Assembly (NCBI GenBank): GCA_030141605.1
Contig: JAQGDQ010000224.1
Location: 124,001 to 188,000, forward strand
Origin: Tubiluchus corallicola
Taxonomy: Eukaryota; Animalia; Priapulida
Length of the DNA: 64,000 bases
Direction of reading: 5' to 3'
The stretch's first letter is position 1. Each line of letters begins with the position of its first letter. The notes below the pieces were generated by a model. The model was not told the origin of the DNA. It saw only the letters and a program-made list of their open reading frames with translations, and made no database searches. The position numbers and the translations under genes were made by a program. Positions 1 to 31,500 of this stretch are shown here, one piece after another.

Positions 1-1459
1 TAATTTTTTTCATTGGAATTCAATTCGAAACTGATTTTATGGATTCAACTAATTCGCCACTTCAACTATACGATGTCCTCTGTCATTATAACATTTGAAA
101 TAGCATGCAGTCAGCATAATTTAGCTATGATTTCTCTGTACAATTTTTTGTTATTTAGGATACCTGTTATTAATGATCCAGAAATAGATTCGAATTCCAG
201 ATCTCGAAATTCAGTTTGATTTGAGTTCTATTCGATTCGAGTTTGCTTTCTGGTAGAGAATGCTCACCCCTACCAAACAGAACTAATGTGCTAGCACAAC
301 AATCTATCATTGACTTGCAGTCGACTTGCAACCTGTCTGTCTGTACATCTAATCCAATTCTTAACTTTTCCACCTGCCCGTCATCCTGTTGGTCTATTGT
401 CCTCTGTGACCACCAATCTGCCTGTATGTGGATCTTTTATCCTGTTTATCAAAGCTTCTATATTCTGTCTTTCTTTTAACTGTCTGGCTTGTCTGTAGTA
501 AATGCCTACCTACCAGTTTGCAGACCATGTGCTTGCTTACTCAATACACCAATAACTTAAATGCCAAACTACTCAGCTACTAACATAAATGCTTGGCTAC
601 ATGTATTTCTGCATAATACATGTGTAGATTCTTACTCACGTGTTTAGTTAACTGACAGCCTGCTTGCCTAAACCTAGCAGCCTGCATATTATTATTATTA
701 ATTTATTGATCATTAAAATTTACATAAAAAATACAACATAACAACTGTTTTTGCTGTCACTTCTGTTGTAGGTGTCTCCACTTAATATTATTGTAAGAAG
801 CAAAAATAATGTTGTTATTTAGACAATAGTGTTGGAGAGTATCAGACACCTCCTGCTGCTTCATGTTAATATTGATTAATGATACAATAGCCTACCGACA
901 GATTTGCATTGGTATCGTATTATGTCACTGGATGATGATCGCAACAAATGACTAAATCAGTGAATTTGGTGATGTTCAGCTAATACCACTGGGCTGACCA
1001 GTACTTTTTGACACATCATGCTAATAATAACTTACTGTAGACAGCACTTAACTGGCGCAGAAATTAAGCTAGTATTTTAATTAATGAAATAAGTAAAATT
1101 GAAACTAATAATTTTCGAGTTATTAATAAGCTGCAAAAATTAATAAATATTATGTATGTGGTTTCACTACTTTGTATTTTCGGAAAACTAATTATAAGTC
1201 AACGCTGATTATTTTTCATATCATTTAGTTTTAGATTCTTCAATACAATAAAACAAGTCTTTGTTATTGCCCGACAATGACAATGTAGGAACGAAGCTGG
1301 CGACGCCTTCTCCTTTGGTATCTAAAGACTTTATTTACGATACGCAGACTGCACGTGTTTCGGTCTTTCGGTGTTTATGTTACGTACGTTGAATTTTTAG
1401 TAATTGCAGACAAGATTTTTTGATTTATTTTTTTCACCATATGAGAAGTTCATGTGAAA

Positions 1460-19110
<17,651 letters not shown>

Positions 19111-20228
19111 GCTAGATATTTTACATAATTTGTATTAGTTTTGCATTTTGAAATGTTTTTATTATGAAAGTGATGCTTTTGTCTCCTCTAATGTTGTCGT
19201 TTACTCGATGTGAGACGATAAGACAATGTCTACTTTATAACTTCCTTCGAAATTGCTGAACCTGTAAGAGCAACTCTGGAGAGTTGAGAGGCATTGTTTT
19301 AGTAGCAACTGTATTTTCTTCTTCTATATTGTCAACATTGTTACCGAACTCATGAAGACTAATTTCATGTAAAAACTGGAGGTTGATTGTAGCAAAGGAA
19401 GGTAAACCATCAGCAGCATCCTGAATTGTGCAGATAATAATGCAGCTGAGAAAACTATTTTTCTCAGTAGTAAATATTTTTCTACTTTGTATATCTGTCG
19501 ATTTATAGAATGTTAAAGGGGAAAAAGGTAATTCTAAAGTATAACCCAAAGATCATACAAAGTCATGTTACTTAACATTATGCTTATGAGTTTGAGGGAC
19601 TCACGTAATTGGAAAAGAAATTTTTAATCATTTAAAATATTTATGTCACGCAATAAAACGGCACTACATTGCCATCCTTGTGTACATTATTGCGTCAATG
19701 CATCAAAAACACATTATTGATCTTATGTGCAGTATAAAGTAATTTAAACTTTTGGTTAATAAGCAAACAGTGCACTACAAATGCTCTGATTATTTTATCA
19801 CATTTTTCATGTTATTTAAACTTATTTCAAATAACCTGTCATCATTATGGCTGCACCTAACAATTATTGCATTTTACAAGCTTTATACAGCGTTACTGTT
19901 ATAGCAAGCTCTGTGTGCAATAAAAAGAGCATAAAGTGACAAAATTTCACTACGAATTCTTTAAGCTTTGTTTTCATTGTGAAGAGTTTTTCTGTGTGAT
20001 TTAAACAATAAAAATGACACACAGTTGAATCTAGATAATATCTTCTTACAACTGATTGATCGTTAAGCACCTTTCTGCTTATGGTATTGTTCATTTCGTG
20101 TAAACGATTAAAAAACACTAGCATTTACAAAAAAAAACACAAACAAACTGTTATACCATTGTATAAATTTTATAGTGCATACTATTAATATAGACCATTA
20201 ATGCATAAGCTGAGACAGCATAAGAAGC

Positions 20229-20880
20229 CAGGGGTTCTCAACCGTTGCTCGTTAAGTACGCCACCATTAGTTATCGGACCTGTACCCCAATGCGGAACTT
20301 ATTCAGTACATAGCGTAAGTACATACAGAATGGTAATATGGTAATAAACTCAATATAAATGTATGTATATTGTATAAGACTAATTAAATATGTGTTATGG
20401 ATTTCTAATGGTTCTAATTTTAATGACGTTATTCAGAAGTAAAGCATTGACATTATAAATTAACATACAATATTTAGGTAAAGAGAAAGTGCCTTTTAAA
20501 AGACAGTGTGGCAGGGACTGCAACTATGCAAACTTTCTGACTGCAATCATCAACCACAGACAGTCAAATTTAAATTGCAGCATCTTTGAAGAATAAATTC
20601 CATATAAAACATATACACAAGAAAAATATACTAAACTACAGGCAAAATGTGATCACTGCCCTACATGCAGATACAGAAAAATTTAATCATTGCTGTATAT
20701 AAGACCATTTAGATATGGTCATGAACTAAACAGATGTGGCGCATACATCTATGTCTCTCTCTGCAGGCTTCATTTTCTCTGTCTGCAGAATACAGATTTA
20801 ACCCTAAGTACTAGGTGCTGTTCGCTAGTTATTCAAACATCCCTATAAGTTGTCCAGTGAACCCAGATTGAAAACCGCTG
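20229..20880. mobile_element. hAT/Charlie-like MITE between the GPAA1 and FLVCR 3' ends
   Basis: Termini CAGGGGTTCTCAACC ... GATTGAAAACCGCTG are imperfect inverted repeats; no clean TSD seen. Confidence 0.55.
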
Positions 20881-22533
20881 GCTTCAACAAAAAACTTTCA
20901 CACTTATATACATAAACTATATATATCAAGAATATTAGGAAGGTTTGAGGTTTACAATGTAATCTGTAAGTTTGTGCGTTGGACCATAAATCTTACGTAG
21001 TTTAAAAAAACAGTACAATTGCTGGAGCATGTGTAATATCGTATAAGCAAATTCAATATACGACCTAGCAATTTTGACAATGAGTCCAGTTTTAACACAA
21101 CATGATTCACTAGCTATAACAACAACAACAACATAATTGTTAATCACAGCTTAAAATGTCACAGTTAATGATATAAATATAATATGTATTGGTTAGAAAT
21201 GAGTAAAGCAATGCTTTAAATGAGATTTACTCAAGAGATTCTTTCACTTCATACAATAATAAGGAAATTAGAATGGCTTTTGGAATACTAACAATCAGTA
21301 ATTAGACAAGCTACCTTACCAAACACTGCACTCCAATTGATATGAGAAAAGAATACAATAATAGTAATAAACCTTTGCATGGTTCTTTAGAGAATGACCT
21401 TGAGTGAAACTAATAAATTTGATCTTCTAAATTAATATAATATTCACAGATATTGGTCAAGGTGAAACAGATATAGACTACACTGAACATTGCGGTCAGA
21501 AAAAGACAAACCTGAAATAAAACCTATCCGATTCTTAACCTGTGTTTCTATGTATACTGTTGATTTACATTTTAAACTGTATTTCACACCTAGTTTGCAG
21601 CCCCATTACTTCTGACACGTACAGTGAATTGAGCCTAGCACAGTATAATCTAAATGTAAAAAAAGGACTATTCACAGTCAAATTTACACATGACGTGCAT
21701 GTAAGAAGATTCCCGTCTCACTAATCTAATCATAAACTTCAAAGGGTGATTAGATGTTGATGAACAACTGAAATGTTGTTGCATGAAGATTGTGCTGCTA
21801 TAATATTATAGAGAGTTATGGCAAGAGGACGCATAAACATGGGATTGAAGTTCTATTCCTTTGTTTGGGAGGGTGGTACGTCGGTGCAAAAAACTTCTGA
21901 GACGTATCATGCAATGTCTCAGAAGCAGCCACTGATGGGACTAATTTAAAATGAGTTTCACATTGTCGTATGAGAGTCACAGATGTTGAGAAGATTTAAA
22001 AGCAGATTCACAGATGAGTTTAGCTGTATAAACTGTGGTAAAACAAAGATGCAGTTATAAACAGGCAGTAAATCATTTGTAAAAGCAACAATAAAGCAAA
22101 TTTTAAAAAAACTGATATGAGGAGTATTCGATACACACATTTCCAAAACCTAAAATAAGCATAACATAGTAATTTCTTTTTGTATAAAGTTGTGTGTAAC
22201 TCTTGCAGACATTAAGAACATTAATTCTGAATCCTAAAGAAAGCTCCTAAAATGATGAAATTCCAGATCTATCGCAAACATACGAAAATGTTGTTTTTCT
22301 ACGTATAAACAACGCCTCACTGCTAAACCACGGCACCATTTTTTTTAATAAAAATATTTAATATAAATATACTCACAACGTTCCCTTTACACAAAGAAAG
22401 AGCATAGCAGAAGCCCTACAATTAAGCTCTTACGGTAAAAAATTGACTTTCAAGACTAGCATGTGAAAAAGCATACCTACTGCAGCAAATGTACAAAAAA
22501 CAAATAACACTTAATACGTTAGATATAAAATCA

Positions 22534-25500
22534 TCACATTTTGGTACAGTAGGCATCGGGAATATATGAGTTGTCTCCTGCGAAAGCTGGGTTATCTTCA
22601 TGCGGAGGCTGGGTCTGTAACAAACATAACCATAATTAGCAGTGCAGACAAATTTGTTTTACCACTTATTGGGCATTATTAAACGTTTCATCTTTTATAT
22701 TTTAATATAAAATCAAAATATTTTAATTTTTTATAAATACTGACAAAATAGATATAAACAAATGAGAATTTTTTTACTAGAAGGAAAGATATTAAACAAA
22801 AAACATCTAAAATATTAGCTTATTCATCTTGTTTTGATCAGTTGAATTTATTGATTACAAGAAACATGTTAAATTTAAAAAATTGACTTATCTAGAGAAA
22901 GATTATGACAATGCAGTTAAGGCACTATATCAGCAAGTGGCTGACAAAAGAATAAGGCAATACAAACTAGAATAAGTTTTTTTAAAAACATCCAAAATAA
23001 ATATTAAAATACAAGAAATACAGTAGTACTCATTACCAGAGAAAACACAAAAACTGTGATTTCAAAACAGTGACAGTGTCTGTGTGAAACATGATGGAAA
23101 AAGAAATAGGGCGTACAGGAACGGGAAGTGGAAACATTGTGAAAGGGAATGGTATCAAGAAACAGAATGGGATAATGTAAGAACAGGACGGAGAACAGGC
23201 ACTTAACATGAAAACAGTTTCTCTGAAACAAAGCTGAAAAAAAATTTCCGGGCACGAGAAAGGTTAACAGGACGAAAACAAGGAACAGGGCATACAAACG
23301 ACAATAAAGTTACGACATGGTATATTTGGCAAATGGAACACGGTGGAAAAAAGTGGAAGATGCAAAAAGGAGAATAAAGAAGCAGAAATGTTAAGATAAC
23401 CTAGGTCAAAGGTTGACAAACAAAAAGCTTCATCAACATACATCAAACTCCATGAGTTAAAACACAAAACAAAGAACCAGTCCTAAGAAAGTATCATAGC
23501 AGGTACAAGAGAAAGCTGTACAAAGAACCGGTCTTGGGAAAGTATCATGGATGGTACAAGAGAAAGTTGCACAAAGAACCAGTCTTAGAAAAGTATCATA
23601 GATGGTACAAGAGAAAGTTGCACAAAGGACCAGTCTTAGGAAAGTATCATAGATGGTACAAGAGAAAGTTGCACAAAGAACCAGTCTTAGAAAAGTATCA
23701 TAGATGGTACAAGAGAAAGTTGCACAAAGGACCAGTCTTAGGAAAGTATCATAGATGGTACAAGAGAAAGTTGCACAAAGGACCAGTCTTAGGAAAGTAT
23801 CATAGATGGTACAAGAGAAAGTTGCACAAAGGACCAGTCTTAGGAAAGTATCATAGATGGTACAAGAGGAAGTTGCATACAGAACCAGTCTCGGGAAAGT
23901 ATCATAGATGGTACAAGAGAAGGTTGTATAAACAAGCAGTCTTAGGAAAGTATCACAGATGGTACAAGAGAAAGTTGCACAAAGGACCTGTCTCAGGAAA
24001 GTATCATAGATGGCACAAGAGAAAGTTGCATGCAGTTAGCACCAATAAACCACTATCATCCAAGTACCAATAGCATCACATGCAACTGTTCAAAAAGAAT
24101 AGAACATGAAGATTTTTCACAAAACCTCTCTATATTTATCTACACAGGATTCTGGGAAGGAAAATTAAATAGAAACAAGGTTAGCTCACACACCTCTGAG
24201 TAAAAGAAGAGCACTAACAATGACAACAAATTACTTACCTGAGACTTTGGCACAAAGCTGCATAATAAAACAAAAAATAGTGATTTATGGTTAAACAGTG
24301 AAGCAAAATTAATAATCCAACAAGCATTCATGAGATCATTCTTTTGACGCATTGCAAAATGATAGCTCACGAATTAATGAATGAAAAGTAAAATGAAGCA
24401 GTAAAATGCAAGAAAAAAAGACTTTTCGGCACACCTGGACAAAGAAAATATCTGAGTGGTTACGATGTCTGCTGAAGTGATAAAAAGTTATACAGCATTG
24501 GGTCTGGTTAGTAAACGGATGGTTTGACCAACAAGAAAATTACTTGTGAATAATTCCTTCTGCCATTTGCCATTTCCTACTATTTATAAGGTAATTGAGG
24601 ATGTATGTGAATCGGAATGTGGCAAGACTTTTGCACGATGAAAGACCGTTGTTCCATCACAAAGTTCTATATTAGGTAGGAGCTTTCTCTTGTATACACA
24701 GTATTGGTTTGCAGAGTCACAAATTGTATAAGAAGTCATGAAAGTCTTTAATTTTTTCATTTATACTACCTCTTTACTTTTCATAATACCATCCAAATTT
24801 CTAACACAGCAAATTATTCTATCTTAAATATACAAAACGGAACAGAATGGTATTGAATATGGTGAAAATTATAGCAGTGATTTGTTTAGTTCCGTGAAAT
24901 AATTCTAAATTTCTAATACTTAATCTAAGCCTGTATTCTCAAAAGTTCACAAACTAAAATCTTCTGCAAGTCTGCCGAGCCCAGATGCGAACTTTACAGA
25001 AGTTGTCGAGTAGACAGCAAACTTTTGAGAATATGAACCCTGAAGGACAGACTTTGCTGAAACCTGTACAAAGGGTTTCATTAGCATTTTACATGTATCA
25101 TTCCTTCACCCCTCATGTGAATGACCTTAGTGCCACAAAACTGTGCATATGAAAAGCAAGATCTAAAAAACAAGTTCCTAATGCAATGCTAAAGTAGGGC
25201 CTCCGTTTTTCCATTTCAAGTCCGCTTCACACAAATTATAAGCTACATGGCCGTGTAACTAATATTTATCTCAAATTATGCAATGTAATAAAAAATAAAT
25301 TTTTACGTGAATTCTACCAGATATTTGTATTTCCTACTACTTCCGGAGGCCCTACTAAGGGATAAACTGGATCAATAATCAAATTGGTTTAAAGTTATGG
25401 AGCTGTGCAACATTATTAAAGCACAATTTTTAATTACCCTAATCATTTGAATAACATTTCTTTGATTAGGTTAATTACTAAATTGTCATTATTGCCTTAC

Positions 25501-28500
25501 AGCATTCTATCAAATTGCTTTTACTGTCTACGTAAACAGAGTAATTATGTTCATACTAAATCAAAGAAACCAGACAACGGAAGTTGACATTATTTTCTAT
25601 TAACAATAAAAAGGCAAATTAATGTAAAATCACGCAAACCTTTGACTCTTCGGGTTGCACTAATTTATCAGCGTGTTGCCTACGTAAATCTTCTTTGATA
25701 AACCCTAAAGTCAAAGTACACTGTAGTTATTACACATTACTGTTTAAGAAATAAGCAGGAAAGAACAGCAATTATGCTAATAGCCACTACGTTTATAAAC
25801 TACTTGACAAATCAATGTAAACAATGCTAGTTATACGTTCAACAATTAATTTTTCTAAGAATAGTTTATGCTAATTTAAGTTCTAGCTTGGTAATTAATT
25901 ATAATCTGCAAATTATATGAAACTGCAAAGTGATCAGTTAGGTTATTTGCCTTTGGCACAAGTTTCGAATAATATAAACTGGGTAAAAAATTCTTGGCTT
26001 CGATTTACAATACGAAACGTAATCACACAGAACATAGTCACCATGTTTTTCAAAACAAAATAGATAGCAGTTTTATAAATTGCTTTATTATTCGTCTCTT
26101 TAAATATTTTGATGTGATTACATAATTATTTATATATTTATTTACTTGCTTAGCATATTATTTGAACACATCTATTCTAAGCATACTAATGCTCTAGTCA
26201 TTAAACAGCAAGAAACAAAGCAAGCACTTATTTCAATTGTTATCGAGTACAAATCAAATCACAATCAGCAAACTGCATAAAGAACTTCAAAGTAAAACTG
26301 CACACTTACACGTTATGACAACGCCACCTAGTAATACTGATGACAAAAACAAATCAGCGGACAGGACACTAATTTTCGAGATGAATTTCCCCATGGCAAT
26401 TGTAAACACCAAACCAAATGCCTAGTGAACAGCAACATTAGTCAGTAAGTAACGAAGCCAGCTAGCTTCAATAACTAGACAATTTACTATCAGAAACAAT
26501 GTATATTTGAGAAGTGGTTATGGAGCAAATTCAATAATAATGGTTACTCAGTGATCGTCTTTCGCTACCTTGACTAGCAAATGAAACACTGAATTATAAA
26601 ATAATAACTTCTTAGCATTACTTTTGGAGGAAAAGTATAAATTCTAAAATAAAAACTAATGTGTGGACGGTCTATTTCTAATCATATTTTGAAAAGAAGG
26701 AAAGACTTCAAAGACATTCTGAATAAAATCAATAAAGCTTAAAATGTTTGTGTTGAATTTCTGTATTCTGTGTGTTTGTCTTGCTGTTTTGTTGCACACA
26801 GGGCTTGAGTTAGTAGTAACATGTAAAAAACTTGTAAATTTAAAAAAATCCCTGCGATGACCATTAGGAGTAGCCATTTAACGGTGAATCATTTGAAAAA
26901 CGATTTATACAAAGTTTGAAAATGATCAGAGCAATAATAGTAAACAATAAACAAACAATAATAGTACACTCTTCACTAACTAAGCAAAAGCCTAAATTAC
27001 TTTATATCGTCTGTAAGATCAATAATGCGTTTTTAGTGAATCAGCGGTGCACACTGGGAAGGTGATAGATTGGTGTTCTGCCTGGTGGCACAAACATTTT
27101 ATATAAAAAATTATTAGGATCGTCTTTTTCAATTACATAAGTCTTTCAAACAGGTAAGAATAATGCTAAGTACTATAACATTTTAAAGGACACATTAAAA
27201 CTCCCTTTCTTCGCTTTTAAATGATCTTTATTTAAGAGTGTGCTAAGCTGATAGTACACACAATATGATTATATCTTATTTTACGTCCAACGACAAAGTT
27301 TTCTAAACAAACTCAATCTTTTGCATTATATTTCTGTCTGCCACTGCATAAATTTTTTCACATTATTTACCTTTGTTTACTTTCTTAAATCATCAAAGCA
27401 AAATAAAATTCATCGAACTACAAATAATACTTCCTTCTTTAATAGTTCCTTCTAACCACACCTTATCTTTCTTCAAAGGGAATTTATCAAAAGAATAGCA
27501 AACGTTTAAAAAGCGGCGTACACCAGGAATGCTTCAATGTTTGCAAAAAACTCAATGAGCTTATATTTTCACTTTTACTTTACCAGAAAGCAAATACCAT
27601 CAGCCAACAACATGATCACAAAAGAGATAATTTTCAAGGTTGGGAAAATAAAATCGCTTGAGTGATAAAGTCATAATACAGAAGGTAAATATAGTTTATA
27701 ATGTCTATTGTACGATTCTGACCATTCATTCACGAGACAAGCAGAATTGCCAAATATCCAGACATTTGGTAACAGCAAAAACAACTTTTAGCAGCTTTCT
27801 TGATCCACTTCAAGTATTTATCAATTTTCAAGTAAATTAACATTGACTATAACACATCTTACACACCTGTGTTATTTTAATGTTTAGTTCAACATTCACT
27901 TTTATTAATAAACTGTAAATCTAAATGAACAACAACTTGTGAACAACAACAAATTTTATACTTAAATTGAAACTGATGTAAAGTTTTAAATAAATAATAA
28001 ATTATAAAGGTTACAGTCGAGAAGTCCAAGGCACAAAAAAATTCCTTTCATTCGCTCAGTCTAAAAACCAATTTTTATCTATGTGATGATGGGCTATTCA
28101 AAACTTTTTCGACTACTATTCAATTGAACAAAATGATCCAAAGTGTAACACTTCGCAAAGTAAATATTCAAGGCCTAGATGGATGCAACATTGAATAACC
28201 CCTTAGATGGTATCACAAATGCATCTGTACTACAAGCAATGCCTACCTGAAAATTAATACTGCCACCTAGGCAGTAAGCACTAAGGTCCCCTGTACCATT
28301 TGATATAAGTAAAAATTGGTTACCAGACTGAGCGAATGAAACTCATTTTCTTGGCCTTGCTTTGAGCTTGGGCTTTCTGACTGTTAATCTAAATCTTAAT
28401 GTAAAATTCTGAGTGACAATTGTATAAAATCTAATGTGAAATTGCACTGTTAGTAAATTGACAAACATTTAACAGAAAGGCGCTCAGAAAAAAAAACAAA

Positions 28501-31500
28501 AGCTTAAGCAATAAAAGAAAACAATACCTGGGCAGATGCATTTAGAAGACCCGAAGACGTAGCCTCTGATTCAGGATATGTAATCTCAGCCGCAAATTCA
28601 AATCCCACCGGTAAGTAACCAGTCATGAAAAACCTATGGTAATATCCTACATATAGGGTGAAAATGCTTTCCGAAATGACCAGACCCATTTGTTATCTTA
28701 CCAGGGATACTTAATACTCTATCTTTTATCTAGACAGCAGCACAGAAACCATGTTCTTAATTTTTTAGTCACAAAGTTTATAACATTCAACTTTGAAGAA
28801 TCAGAACAATCTAAAATTAAAACTAACATTATTCAATAATTTCTGAAAAAAAAAACAGATTAACTACAACAGTAAATTATTTATTCCAAGATAACGAAAA
28901 AAGGCACATCAAAAACCATATGTTACACACTGTAAAACACAGTCAAACACTATAATATACAGTTAAACCTTTTTAAACGGCAACTTTAGTACTTCAAAAG
29001 TTTGGCGATGTAATGAGGTCTGCTGCAGGTGTGTATTAATGCAATAGGTGTCTATGCAAATATAGACGTTTTGTTTTGCTAAAAAATTGGGCATTAAGCG
29101 AGCTTGGCATTGTAATGGGGGCATCATTGTAACGAGGTATGACTTTATAACACAGGAAAGGAATTAACTTTCAAAGGAGAGAGGGACAGTTAACATTGTA
29201 AACATGAAAGTCAAGGATTCATACCCACCCTAGAATACCAGACATTAGAAACACTATCCAGATTTTCTGTAGTTTTAACGTAAATGTAAACGCTATCATA
29301 CCGGCAAATGACAGCACGTAAACGACTAGAGTTGTTAACCTGCAACAAAACGCAGAAACATCAGCAAGATTGATTGTATATCCTTGAAAAAGTTTTGTTT
29401 AATTTTACTTGAAAATACACAACTTTTACAGCAAAAGAACAAATTATGTTAGACATGTGAATGCACCTTTACTAACTGTTTAACTTACTTGAACTTTTTG
29501 GTCTTATCGAGCACAATGCCACAAACTACTGAGCCGACTAAACCAGATATCACAATAGTTAGACCAATCCTTCCAACATTTTCTTCTTCACCCTACAACA
29601 CAAAATTCATATTATTGTACAACTATAGCTTATAGTTTAAATTGATTAATTAATTTATAATCAATCAGTACAACTAGATCAACAAGTACAACCCAAAAAG
29701 AAAAGTGTCGTGTTAACATTCATAAAAACGTGATGCCTGGACTGCAAAAATAAGTTAAACAAGTTGCCAACTAAACATAACCTTTGATTAACACTAGGTG
29801 ACAACTATACCTAGTTTTACAGAAAAATTCTGAAATATTTTATCAACGTAACAGGAAGCAGTGAAAATAAATCGTATGCTTTACTGGCTAGGTTTATAGA
29901 AGCATGTCAAATTGTGAACTTAGATTTAAGAAACTGATTTATGAACAATCAAAACAATATAAAAAACAGCTTACTGGAAATTCGGACAGCACAACTTGAT
30001 TGAGTAGAGTTGAAATTGCATAATATGAGCCTGTATTTATACCTGCAATGAAAACCAAGTCTAGTCATTAAACATTTCATTAAATTTTTGCAGATTAGAA
30101 AATTGCGCATTTCAAATACACCCTAAAATAACACATTAAAGACTTGCAAGAGTGCTTTTCAAAATGCCTTTAAGTGACATCACCAATTTTGATAAAAACA
30201 AATTTGTTTGGGGGAGAGCTCAGCCCTGATGTAGTGCTATTGGAAAAACAATTGCAAAACTCTATGTAACTTACATAAGAGCTTAAAGCAAAGAGTTGTT
30301 AAAAATAAATATTTGTAATGACACACCACCTACCATATGTTAGCAGTAATAGAAGATTTGGAAAGTTTTTAAGAAGATTTGACACGGATTTCACATAATC
30401 TTCGTGTGCTGCTGTCTCATGTATTGCAGCCTGAGCACGACTCGGTGGTACTGACGGCCTTCCACTAAACACTACAGAAAGAAAAATTACTGAATATATA
30501 ATTCCCTCTGTCTCCTATGATGTCACTAAACACAAAAGGAGAATTTATTCTGTTTTAATAACATAACTTTGATAAAGCTTTCCTGCACCTTACAGAGTGG
30601 CGACTTGTCTATGGGTATTGTGGAACTGCAGGAACCCGCCACTTTCACTCAATATTATCAATAATATTCAATATAATAAGTCTTTTTTCTTTAGACCTTT
30701 CTTTATAATTTTATAGAACCAGAGTATGTGAGGGTAATACTGTTTGCTTCACAGCCAGCACAGTGCATGTTTGGCTGTTATGTGACCATGTGCATGTGTC
30801 TGAGATAACACGCTGTACGCTGTGCGCACCTGCTGCTAGGCAGAGAAAGTACTGTCACTCACACAGTTTGTTGTCAGTTGTCACGTACTTAAAAACCAAA
30901 ATATTCTTAAACTGCGGCAATTTAGGCTATTCGTAAGCAAAATATTGTTTTTTGGGAGTTAGGATTTTATGAAGCTTATGTATTAATTTTTATATAATAC
31001 TACAACATTAAAATTATATATGTTTCTTTCATTTCACACAGTATTAAAATGGCTAAAAAAAATTTTTGAAGCAGCATCCCCACTAATTTTAACTACGGGC
31101 TGCCACAAACCTTACACTTATGTTACAGCCAGAAACAGGAGTGCTATGTATAAAATGAAAATTAGTTTGAAAAACCGTCCTCAAAAGTATTATTGATGAA
31201 ATGAAAACGCAACTAGCTAATGACCTAGAAGATTCTGAATGACAAGAATTAAATCGATGAATAGAAAACTCCACAACAAAAAAATTAAAAAAAAATACTT
31301 CAGCCCAAATCTGTGCACTCTTCTCAAGTGAAAATAATTATTAAAAGTTAAGATTAAATCCAAAAATAATAAAAACAACAACAACATAAACACAGTAGTG
31401 TTGTGTTACTTTATTTCTTTACTGTGAAATATCTTACCTAACACAATGAGCAAAAAGATGGCGCTTGTAATTGCGGCCATTCCGTAGAACATGTAGCTTA

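Noticed and set aside
10-245. TTCGA-rich stretch (similar low-complexity motifs at about 36290-36510, 14870-14975 and 63930-64000)
   Set aside because: Probably decayed transposon subterminal repeats, but boundaries and TIRs cannot be defined from this window.
22534-22548. FLVCR C-terminal CTKM as a CaaX prenylation signal
   Set aside because: Lys at the a2 position is unfavourable and prenylation is not expected for this family.
27580-27690. Possible mutually exclusive alternative to FLVCR exon 9
   Set aside because: The hydrophobic-looking frame is incompatible with the required phase, and the compatible frame contains a stop.
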